From assembly GCF_001194135.2 (NCBI RefSeq), contig NC_068991.1, forward strand, positions 79,932,999 to 79,968,890: a stretch of DNA of 35,892 bases, written 5' to 3'. The notes under the pieces were generated by a model that searched no databases, was not told the DNA's origin, and was given only the letters and a program-made list of their open reading frames with translations. Of the stretch, positions 24,273-35,892 are shown one piece after another. Each line of letters begins with the position of its first letter. The first letter of the stretch is position 1. The DNA is from Octopus bimaculoides (lineage: Eukaryota). The translations under genes and the position numbers were made by a program.

Positions 24273-27200
24273 GATATATTGATAATTATGTGGTTCGCGT
24301 CAATAATTATCATTCTGAAAGAATTTTTTTCCCATGCAAGAGTATTCCTTATCATAAAAGTTATTTATGAAATAACAAACACAGTTGCAGGTTTTTAAAC
24401 GTGTAATAAGACCCCTTCTGTTGCAGGTGTCTAAATGTGACGGACTGGTAAATATTGGATAATATGGTTGTTAGACTATTTCTTAAATTATGTTTTGTGA
24501 ATACTGTAAGTGGTGAGAAAAATCTTTCAGTCTTATAAAGGAGACAATGTTTTTAGAATGTTGTTTACAAATCGTATTTTTGTGAGGCTAGCCTACATTT
24601 TTTATGCATTTCTTTTACTGATGTTGAGAAAAGAAACAACGGAACTTCTTGCTTTTAGAACTAAGGGTGGTGTCGGTGGTGCCATTAATCCTGTGAAATG
24701 TAGTTTCCGGGCAATAACGTATACATTTATTCTTAATCCGTTCTGACAGCTTCGAACGTAAATATCTGCGAACACCGCTATTTAGAAGGTCTGTTTTTAA
24801 AGCACACGTTATTCACAGGTGTAAGGGGCTTTGAGGCATCGTAGCATTTCGACATTATTCAGTTAAAGCTAGTCCGCCAGATCGATGGACCTATCAAGTG
24901 CACGAGTTGTTTATAGAAATTACTAAACGCTTTATTTGCCGATGCGTTCTACACCTGTGATACAAATGCTGATTTTGTATTATTTGTAAATGTCGCTGTT
25001 TCGTAGAGATGTTGAAATGTATAAGATATTGTTACAGATATTTTAGGACCCGCTTCGTGCAAATTAGCAGCTTCCGTCATACTCTGATCACGTTTGCGTG
25101 TACTCAAGGAGATATTTCTTTGTGTTTGAGAATTTATCATCCAACCGTCTCTTTAGATGTGGCTGCCTATCTTTATATCTTTTCTCTGGTATATCACATT
25201 TAATATTAGTTAAACCTACATAACCAACCATCCTAAAGACGACAATGTAGCATTTGAGGAAGGTATTACTGTAACTGTATACACGTCGACCGACTGAGAA
25301 GACAGTTTCACACTTTCTTTCTCGGGACTAGATGCGTAATATATGAAAGTGACTCCCAGTTGATTAGGTCTCTCACTTGTTCTCATTTCTAAGCTTTCAA
25401 AAAGATTTTTTCAACTTCATCATTTATGTTTTTCAGGTTTTGATAAAGACTGCTTTGGTAAAGATTACTCATGATAACCGATGCTTTTCACGTTGCGTTG
25501 GTAGACTTTATCACTGCAAGAAGTAATTAGGAAAGTTGAAGACATGAAAGGTAGTCCGAACAAGTTTTTCAGATTACTATCAAGGGATCAATAATATTCA
25601 AATTTAACTATGATTTTGTGGTGTTAACAAAATCAAGTGGGAAGTGGAGGCCCATACTACAGAAATGAAATGATCGTTTACTGAGGGGAAATTTCATAGG
25701 AACAACTCGGATAGATATCTAACATGCAGACCTAACGACTTGAAATCCGTACGACATCAAAAACATTAAAAACTCGGTTACATAACATGAGTGTTATGGT
25801 GTTTTGTGCAGCACCAAGCAGTTATGATGATTTATTACACCATCCACATCAAATGGTGTCTCATTTAAACAAATTATGCAAGCAATAAGGATGAAGCATA
25901 ACGAGAGCACACTAACATTTCCTCGCAGAATTGTGCTCGACAAACAAAATCTTCATTTAATGTTTGTAAGATTTTAGGGATGAAGTGACGTAAATTCATA
26001 TCCCTCAGAATGTGCGCAATGATGTTTGACAGATATTCACAAGAGGTGAACCACGCCTAAATCATGTATGCGGATGTTGTTTGTAATGTTAGCTGATTAG
26101 TTGAACAGTCGATTTTATTCTGACAGCCACAGGTCGATCAAACGAGGGACAGCAATAATTGAATCTGTACTCTCTCATTTGCTACACACCACATCAATCG
26201 CTCTCCTTCATTTAGTTGAAATCCTATCAATCTTCTACATTATATTGCCGTTCTATTGAAGTGGATGATAAAGTAAACGATTCTGTTTAAATATCCACAC
26301 AGTTTCCAGTGTTCTCATGTAACTTGCTCGAAATTCCAACATGAAAAAGAATACATCTAATCATAATTTATATTGAATTATTTTGAAGAATCTAAGTAGT
26401 TATATGTGCGTAAGTGTGCGTGAGTATGTGTGTATGTTTATCAAAATGTTTCTCAAAGGTATCGGGCTGGTTTTCAAGAAAGTAACTGAAACGATTTCAC
26501 TGGAATTTGGATAACAACAACCATACTTCTTATACTCTGAACTTAAAAAAAGGGTGTCGCATGCTTTTACTGTTCCGCTTACACACAGTATCAGTAAAGT
26601 TCCAGTATGTCGTATACACGCGCGCACGCGTACACACACACAAACACAAACACACACATAGGCACGACCCCCCCCCATATATATATTTTAGCTTATGTAT
26701 ACCGATATTGATAGCCAGTTCTTATAATTTAATATGCTTAGAGAAGAGTGTCACAAGAATACTGTGCGTAATATCAATTAATATATAATAAACGAATACG
26801 AGCTCAGTATTCACATTCATTAGCTTACAAACGTGCCTGCCTTAAGATGTCACACGAACACTTCGGGCTGAGCGCGAAGATTTGTATAGCAGAAACACCA
26901 GTATGTTAATGTAAGTGAATATGTAACTCCTCTCTTTTGGCTTTGATTAACAGATATGTGTGTATGTAAGTGCGTCAGTATGTGTGTCTTTGTATGTGTA
27001 TACGTATGTGTGTGTAGCTATACAAGTGTATAGATTATGAAATTAATAAGAGTTTATTATCAACACCAAATCGATCATTAATCCTTACAGCTGTTTCAGT
27101 TATACGGAGTGAAATTAATTAAATACTAACTTCATAATTTCTGAGCATAATCTCTTCAGAGAGTAAAATATATATGCCCTTAGATGTTTTGTATGTTTAT

Positions 27201-27338
27201 TTGTAGATTCATCACAGCAGAGACTTACAACTAAAGAAACAATGGAAATCAACTCCTTGCCATGATATTAGGTATTGAGGTTGTATTTCCTTGGAAGACA
27301 CCGTCCCTTCATGAGGCTAACATGACCTGTAACTAAAT

Positions 27339-27372
<34 letters not shown>

Positions 27373-28331
27373 TATATATATAAATGTTACCCTTCGCATA
27401 TGCTCAATATAAGTGTTTTGTTTGTTCGCCATTTCGTTGCGGTTTTGCGCCTCGAGGATAACTCACTCGTAACACTGCGCGTTAAAACACCTGATAGTTA
27501 GAGTCAGGTGAGACAACTCGCCTCCGATCGAATTCAGGAGAGATGGATATCGATATTTCACCATTTTCTGTGGCGTACCTGAATGGAGCCGTGGACGAAT
27601 CGAATCGCCAGTCTGTGACTATATATAAGTTGGTATACTAGCAAATAATGTCCTACCCTATTTATGTATAATGTAAGAAATCGTTATCGAACAAAACTCA
27701 TCACAAACTTGACACCTTATCGATTATATTGTTCAATTTGGAGGCGTCACCAATTGAAGCTCCTTGGGTATAAACGAGTGTGTGTGTATGTGTGCAGGTA
27801 GGTAAATGTGTATATATTCATATATATGTATATATGTAGGGTAATTGTTGTTCAACTTAAAATGACGGGACTTGTTAACCGAGGAAATACTGGGCTGCTC
27901 TATTTCCTAATTGATTTGTTTACTACATACAGCTTATATTTAAAATGTTTAGTCTCCAGACAAACAATGTAGCCACATATTTAAAGTAATACTTTGATAA
28001 ATATATTGATTGATATAACTTTTTTGCCTCTTTACAGAATGTCTCCACTCGTTATTATATGAATACCTACCTCTGGGATTATATATATGCGAAATGTCTG
28101 AGAATGTGCGTGTATTATGAATAGTAATTGTCGCTTCGTTATCGTATATTCGAAAAACATTCTAGACTTTAAGAAGGTTGCATGTAAGATACTTGGTATA
28201 TCTCAGTGAGAGATCAACTAATCACAATAGAATGACGATGGAATAGAATAAGAAAAATAAGATACAGACGTGTGTGTGTGTGTGTGTGTGTGTGTTATGT
28301 GTATATGATTATATATATGTGTGTATATATA

Positions 28332-28398
<67 letters not shown>

Positions 28399-28854
28399 AT
28401 ATATATATTCATAATGAGATATATATATATGTAAATATGTGTGTGTGAATTTGTATAAATATATGCAGAAAAAAGGAAAGAGACTGAGAGAAATAAAAGA
28501 AAGAAAGGAAAGAAAGGAACGACTGCGAAAAATGACTGAAGGAATAAGCGTATAACAAGTGTTGTGAGATGTCCGGTACAAGGGAAGAACAAATAACGCA
28601 AGTTCAAACAATGGCATCTAACGATTCACTCTTATATACAGGTGTAGAAACACATATCTATGTAGGTGTGCGCATTATATTTAGTCTAGTGGCGATCTGT
28701 CCTTGGGTCGTCTTGTGCATGTGAACCTTCACCATCACTCACTTTTAGCCCTGAGAGTGCCCGTACCTTCATCAGCCACCGTTAGGTTGATTACTATACT
28801 TGGGATGAAAACTGGAGTGGTTTCCTGTTGCCTTCTCGAGGAAGGTGGGATGTG

Positions 28855-28923
28855 AACTCAAAATGTAGAGAGCCGTAACATATTCCGCAAATCATTTCTG
28901 CCGATGCAACATCGATTCTGCCA
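28855..28923 (-). mobile_element. SINE 5' half, abutting the Chapaev-like relic
   Basis: gtgaactcaaaatgtagag..ccgcaaatcattt..gattctgcca is the reverse complement of the SINE head (TGGCAGAATC A-box and GAGTTCA B-box). Confidence 0.65.
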
Positions 28924-28944
28924 CACTCCTACACATAGAGCTAC

Positions 28945-30305
28945 GTGAAATGAAGGACTTTCTCAGAAGAAGCTGGCTCCTCATGAGTCCCGTTGAATTT
29001 GTTTTGAAGGACTAAGACACTGGACAAAATGTACAGAGGTTCCAATGTTATGGAGAGAGAGCGTAAAAATCATAGTGATGAGTGCGGGGAAAATATTGTT
29101 TATCCAAATTTCCCATCTGCATTGGGACCTGTTGCCCATGAACCAGGCATTCCAGTCATATCATCAGCAAGAAACCTTTGATGACATACACTTGAGTTCT
29201 GAGTCAAATGGCAACAATAGCAATGATGTTTGAAGACTTCGATAACACTGAAATGAATAAACCTCAACTACTCAAACATTGCGAATTGAATAATCTAGAG
29301 TGGGACTTAGGAATTGCGAAGGAGTCAGCAGAGCTTGTAGCCTTCAGGTTTAAATCCAAGAATCAAAGTTACAATGCTGGTGAATGGAGACTGTTTACTG
29401 GCGCTTCAAAGGGAAGCGTTAAAGATGTTCTATCGCGTAATGGTAATAAATGTTCCCCCATCCCTATAGGGTACTCGGTGATCATGAAGGAAATTTATGA
29501 AAGATTGGTGTCACTCTTACACAAGATGAAATTCAAAAATTATAACTGGATGATGTGGGGCGACTTGAAGATAAGTTACATGTTACTTAGTCAACAATCT
29601 GGTACACAAAGTTTCCTTGTTTCGTGTGTAATTGGGAACACTAGAGCCAGTACTTTCTGTTGGTCTAAAAAAAAAAGAATGTCCTACCAGAGATACGCTT
29701 TACACTAGGAACAAAGAATATGCTTCGTGAGAGTTTGACTGACCCGAAGAGGGTTCTTCTTCCTCCTCTACATATAAAACTTGGTCTCGTGAAGTAATTT
29801 GTAAAAACTTTGCCATAGAATGGAAAGAGTTTCAGATATTTGTGTGGCAAGTTTGCTGCCTCGTCAGAAAACTGTTTGGCTGATTTCCTGTCGTGTCAGG
29901 AAATTGTGTGCTGGCCGTTTACTGCTGGATGTTGTATAGTGAAAGCCCATCAAATGCACACAAAGGAAAGAGTTCCAATTATGGTTTGCACGTGAAAAAA
30001 AGAAAACAAAGATTTTCAGGTGCTGAACTTCTAAACTGAATGGAACATTTGTAAAACTATTTTCTCACCTTTCAGTTGCATTTCTGCCACTTTATTTTGC
30101 TAAATAAAGTATCAAATTCCATTTTATCAGTTTCATTTGGTCCTACTAATGTGGATTTACCTACAAATTATAATTAAATCGCGAGAAAACCTTAAGGAAT
30201 GGTAAAGAACTTTTTTGATATTTCGAATTAGCACCACAAATATATATAAAGTAACATAAAATTATCAAAACAATTTTCAAAATATTCCATTTCGCAGATG
30301 TATGC
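28945..30305 (+). mobile_element. Internally deleted DNA transposon relic, CMC superfamily (Chapaev3-like transposase pseudogene)
   Basis: Collinear frameshifted motifs read CFEGLRHW, VPMLWRE/KNHSDEC, YPNFPSALGPVAHEPGIP, ELNNLEWDLGIAKESAEL, EWRLFTGASKGSVKDVLSRNGNK, WGDLK, TKFPCFVCNW, DPKRVLLPPLHIKLGLVK*FVK (29756-29785 core) and LAVYCWML (~29911-29935). There are stops, frameshifts and internal deletions, and the expected first catalytic Asp (WRLFID) is lost. The family name comes from recalled motifs; the DNA-transposase identity is firmer than the subfamily. Confidence 0.8.
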
Positions 30306-30506
30306 CCGATTATAATTCTTGAAAGATTACCTAAGCGTAAATTTTATACTTTCTACCACCTGTAGTTTACAACTGTTGGTTGAAAGTTAAAATAATACAA
30401 TAACATGAAATTTCTCTTGCTTTGTTAACGATGACAAACGACTTTTAATACAAATATGATGTAACAGCACGACATCGTCCAAAGGTCTTCATTTATCTTT
30501 TATTTC

Positions 30507-30509
<3 letters not shown>

Positions 30510-30595
<86 letters not shown>
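30510..30595. repeat. (TA)n microsatellite
   Basis: Seen directly. Similar TA, GT and CATA compound arrays occur at ~1-240, 810-905, 1290-1512, 2630-2771, 5815-5980, 14505-14579, 28270-28420, 31365-31575 and 35150-35380. Confidence 0.97.
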
Positions 30596-30599
<4 letters not shown>

Positions 30600-31379
30600 T
30601 ATATGTGTGCGCGCGCGCACCCGTGTATATAATATTGAACAAGGAACTAATTATTCATGTCCTCGAGTAAACGAGTAAAATCAACGAATCAGTATCGTCA
30701 TTATTAAGAAAAAATGTTGCAATAAATAACATTAATCATAATAAATAGCAATATTACGGAACAAAAATATAACAAGAAGAAAACCAACAAAACGACGTTG
30801 GGTGCATCGTTGCATCACATACAAGCACACACACACACACACACACTCACACACACACACACACTCACGCACACAAACAGAACCAGAAAGACACATACAA
30901 ACACAGGGTAAGTAAATCTAGAGTTTACATTGATACACTAAATACGCCACACACGTGATCCAGTCTTTAGTCGTTTAATCCTTTCAATCCTTAATTTTCT
31001 TCCTGTTTTCATGAATAAAATATCTTAATCCTTATATTTTCATCACTTTTGACATTTCATTGGCCTCTCGTAAAACAAACTTACAGATTCTTTCTTTAAA
31101 ATGCGTCATACAATTTGTAGATCCGCCTTGACATAAGGCATTCTGTTTTTATCGTCTTCATTGAATATATACGATGGAATTCTTCAAATTCCACTGATTT
31201 TAATCCGATTAAATTGCGTCATATACATCGTGTCATTGAATGCATTGATGTTAAACAATAGTAACGAAATTTACACTTTGATTAAATTAAATATGCGTAC
31301 ATGCACCCAAGTTTGAATGTAGTTATATGTGTGCCTGGGAACATTTATGTGGGTTTATATTAATATCTATATATATATA

Positions 31380-31455
<76 letters not shown>

Positions 31456-32031
31456 TATGTATATATATATATATGTGCGTGTGTGTATATATATATATAT
31501 GTATATATGTGTGTGTGTGGGGGTGTGTGTGCGTGTCTGTGTGTGTGTGTGTGCGTGTGTGTGTGTGTGTGTGTATAATTAATGAAAGAGGCAGGAGATG
31601 GAAAATGCGACAATCTTTATTGATCACTACAATCGTGTCGACCCATTTAGTATTGAACCCTCACATGTGAAATGCTGTACAACTGGCTTAGGTGTATCCC
31701 TTGATGTAGATGCGTCTCTTCAGGTGATTTCAAGTTATATTTTGCTTTAAAATAAACACTGCTTCGCACAACTCTTTACTGAATGTCTTCTTCTTGGTCT
31801 TCGTATGTAGAAATGTTTTGTACATCCATATCTACAAAGTTTATATGGAGTAGTTTATTTTGCTGTTTTGTGTATTCTTTGTATTGTGTATTTTCAGCTT
31901 ATATATATATATGTAATTTGAAAAGCCCGCCTCTTTCACGGATATATAAAGATGAACAGAAGTCATTGTACTGTGTTGGGTACATCAGAGTATGTTGATT
32001 TTTGTTTATTCTTTATGTGTCTCCACCATAC

Positions 32032-32064
<33 letters not shown>

Positions 32065-32083
32065 NNNNNNNNNNNNNNNNNNN

Positions 32084-32114
<31 letters not shown>

Positions 32115-32293
32115 CATATATATATTTATATATATGTATGTATGTATTATGTATGTATGTATGTATGTATGCATGTATGCATGTATGTATGCTTGTAAGT
32201 ATGTATGTATGTATGTATGTATGTATGTATTTATTCATGTATGCGTGTCTGGCCATTTTTTCTTCCGTCTTCCTTTTTTATTGGACTTTCTTC

Positions 32294-32330
32294 TGTATCT
32301 GAAGAAGAGTTTTGCTCGAAACATAAAACC
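32294..32330 (+). ncRNA. Minimal type-I hammerhead-ribozyme-like motif (decayed), second copy
   Basis: The layout is TGTAT-CTGAAGA-A-GAGT-TTT-GCTC-GAAA-CAT-A-AAACC. The cores are intact and stem II is intact (GAGU/GCUC, one U-G pair). Stem I is partly decayed. Confidence 0.55.
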
Positions 32331-32449
32331 TCCTTTCTTTTCCTCACTGAGCGTCTGCTAATACTTTACATCTACCACGTCGTTACGTTGTTATTTTTTT
32401 TTGTTCTTCGTTTTTTTTTTNNNNNNNNNNNNNGGGGGGGGGGGAAGAT

Positions 32450-32480
<31 letters not shown>

Positions 32481-33324
32481 CTGTACGTACACACACACAC
32501 AGAGACATAGATATACCTCTATATACATACTTACATTTATATATGCATACACCCCTATATGTACATATCTACACACGTAACAATACAGAAATTAAACAAG
32601 TGGTTAACAAATATTATAGAACAAATTGATTGTTTCTCTATCTAAGCATTGTCCCTTGAGAGGATTTTTAAATATAAATTCCCTTCAAACAAATAGAAGT
32701 TTTGTTTTATTTTAGCGTTAAGTTCCTTTTTCCTTTTTTTTCTCCTTTTTTTTATTTGTTTTCAAACGGGAACATATCTTAGAACATGTCAGAAATGATT
32801 ATTTCCTGTCTTGCTACAATTATGCCCCAGAAGACCTAATGACAGGAAGGTGCAATATATATAGAAGAAATGTTCATATCATCTGTTGCCCAAATTCGCT
32901 ACTTATGTCTTTAATAAATGACATACAGTTGACCTGCAAAAAATAACGGATAAACTTTCATCAAATCGCACCCAACGTTCTTAATTATATCAATCAATTA
33001 AATAGCTCACAAACGAAAACTTAATTCCTCGCAAGATCACTCCCTTGCAATAGAAAGGATCAACTGAAGCAGAATGCGGCATCTGATAATCAAGTCAGCT
33101 AACGTGTGTGAACGCATTTCCTCTTAGCATGAGGTGAGATTTTGAGGAGGGCTGACTTTAGGCTAAAGAAAACCTATGACATTGGAGATATACTTAGACA
33201 TTTTTAAAAGTCATTTTTATAAGTTTAATTTTTTTCATTGCAAAATATCTAATGGGCAGAGAATAAAACGTGTTTGATAAATTCGTGAATAATTATTTTA
33301 ATACAGGACAAGTTTATACATTAG

Positions 33325-33450
33325 TTGGGGGGGAATTCGGAAGTGTATAGGTCCATCTTGCATACTCTTTCTCTTTTTGATATAAAATAAAATTGACCTC
33401 GGTCGGATCAGAACATGGAATGTAAATAAATATCGTAAGATCGTTTGCTA
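33325..33450 (-). mobile_element. Degenerate SINE fragment
   Basis: aaattgacctcggtcggatcagaacatggaatgtaaataaatatcgtaag matches the reverse complement of the SINE B-box region. Confidence 0.5.
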
Positions 33451-33559
33451 TTGCTTTGTCGTTATTTCCTCCACAATCATATATAACACCAATTGTTTCT
33501 AATCATTAAGTTTTTGAAATGTGTTAATCGATGCCACTGATCTCAGTGCTTGACTAATA

Positions 33560-33675
33560 GATTATTATTTTGATCATGGGGGGTTGAAAAACTGAGTTGG
33601 TTCCGGTAGGATTTGAATTCAAATACAAAGAGCTGGAGTAAATCCTGCAAAGCTTTTTATCCAGTGCTCTCCAAT
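33560..33675 (-). mobile_element. Degenerate SINE fragment
   Basis: gagttggttccggtaggatttgaattcaaatacaaagagctggagtaaatcctgcaaagc contains a reverse B-box (atttgaattc) and SINE-like flanks. Confidence 0.5.
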
Positions 33676-33984
33676 ATCATTTCGAATCGATGAGCTTTAT
33701 ATGATACCGTTAATAATCAATAGTGCATAGTGTCTCGGGAGAGAAAATCTCCTCATAGATACTCTGTGTGAAAGCACATCACTGAATAGAAATGACATTA
33801 TCGGGTCGTGAGACCAATGAGCCTGCGTCTTTATACGCCATCATTTTCGGACAGAGATTCTATTGTTCATAGCTCACGAAGCGATTCTTATATTTAAACG
33901 AAAAACTATTAAGTTTTTTATGTGCATAGTGTTTTGTTAAGCTACAATTAATTTATAAGAAGCACACTTGAGCAAAACGTTCCC

Positions 33985-33991
33985 AATAATG

Positions 33992-34036
<45 letters not shown>

Positions 34037-34328
34037 GATTAGAATTGGTTAAGATGCAATAGAAGTATTTTAACCCAACGGTACTATAATACATTAAACT
34101 ACGTACATAAATGTTTATTGCAAAGCACAAATAAAAGTTATGCCTATTTATCATATATAAATATAGCCACATAGGTAGGCACGTACGTATTCATTTGTGA
34201 TAGCATGTCTGTATAGGTACGTACGTATTTATAAAGCAAGGTATAAACACCTATGTGAATATATATATATATATATATATTTTGTTACTACTACTAATGA
34301 TAATAATGATGATAATGATAATAATAAA

Positions 34329-34390
<62 letters not shown>
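33985..34390. repeat. Two (AAT)n microsatellites (33985-34035 and 34290-34390)
   Basis: Seen directly. Confidence 0.9.
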
Positions 34391-34391
<1 letters not shown>

Positions 34392-35199
34392 GAATAATAA
34401 TTTGGTGGGTGGTATAATGATAATGTAATAATTATAATAATACTAAGAGGTAATGTAAACAAATACTGCAATATCAAATTTGAATGATGTCTGATGTTCT
34501 AATACCATTACCAATTCCATTTCAACAAATTGCTGTGTATCTAATGGATGCTCTCCGTAATGCCAAGACAAATTTTGCAGTGTAGAATGAAAGCTTTTGA
34601 AAGATAGATGTCTGAATTTTTATATATTATTTGTATATTTCAAATATTTTTAGATTTGAAATTTTTTCATTATGTTATCAGAAAAATATAAAACTTATTG
34701 TTAGTAAAATGATATCAAATTAAAAAGTACATATGGTATAAATTTAAATGCATATACTGTGTTTGCAGAAATGGTAGGACACCGGATTGAATGCATTTCA
34801 CTGAATTTAATTATATATTACGTTTAAGTGTGTAAAATTATACATATATATATATATATATAATATTTAGAGCATTAAAACGACTATGGAAAATACATAT
34901 ATATTGCAAGAAAAATATTGGACAAAAGCTAATATGATTTTTTAAATGCGGCAGACAACTTCGATTTTGTGAAAGCATTTTTTTGCCTGAAGGAGAGGGT
35001 TCGGTGGTTTATTTGAACTTTTTAACTCAGCATAGAGAACGGTATACGCGTTGATATAGTATAAAAATTAATTTATTCTGAGACATACACTGCTTGATAA
35101 TTAGCAATTAATTGAATGGAATTATATTTCACGGTTCTCACATTAATAACTAATACATACATACATACATACATACATACATACATACATACATACATG

Positions 35200-35237
<38 letters not shown>

Positions 35238-35282
35238 NNNNNNNNNNNNNNNNNNNNNNNNNNNNNNNNNNNNNNNNNNNNN

Positions 35283-35377
<95 letters not shown>

Positions 35378-35892
35378 AGAAATTATGTGGATAAACAAAT
35401 TAGGCACACCAAATATATTGAATATATTAAATACGATCAATTACAAAATATGTATACATGTAAAACGAGAGAACGCAAAAGGTGAATACTTTCAGATGGT
35501 GAATTTATTTGTATAGATATAAAGATATTATATTAATAGGTCCAACTTGCACAGAGTTCAAACGACAGAGAAAATTAAAGGGGGTGAGAAGGTAATATGA
35601 ATCCAACTGCTGTTTCTGAGGCCTCGGTAATCCATAATTACGTTGGTAGATTTAGTTCATCGCAATGGGCGACCGTGTGGATCCATATAACATAGGATGA
35701 GACGAGCTTCTGTCATCAGGGTAGAGAAGATCTTACATTTAAGATCGTAATGCAGCAAATTGCTTTGCATTATATATATAATCTGATATATTTAATCCAT
35801 TATATTCTATTGAGTATACAGTTATACCAGTGAAATTTGGTTGTTTATATCCCTATATAAGAGGAGTGTGTTTTCTTTGAGATGGATATATA

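Noticed and set aside
29845-29877. Minus-strand CTGACGA followed by a GGCAG/TTGCC hairpin
   Set aside because: GAAA does not follow the stem, and the site lies inside the transposase relic.
32411-32443. Poly-T / gap / poly-G junction
   Set aside because: Homopolymers at a gap edge are probably sequencing or assembly artefacts.

Overview
AT-rich, microsatellite-dense eukaryotic draft-assembly sequence with 10 N-gaps. The SINE families and repeat landscape look like an octopus (coleoid cephalopod) genome; this is recognition from memory, not a database result. No intact protein-coding gene can be supported, and nearly all long ORFs in the track are microsatellite or N-gap artefacts. Recognisable coding remnants are all decayed transposable elements: an RTE-like LINE 3' fragment (~6.4-7.15 kb), a Helitron PIF1-helicase fragment (~11.7-11.97 kb) and an internally deleted CMC/Chapaev3-like transposase (~28.95-30.3 kb). 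There are also about 9 tRNA-derived SINE copies or fragments. The most interesting signal is a small dispersed repeat (21466-21530 and 32294-32355) that has the layout of a minimal type-I hammerhead ribozyme, as carried by Penelope-like elements and retrozymes. A structured ~75-nt element at 1204-1281 can be read as a decayed hammerhead or as a hairpin-masked microexon.
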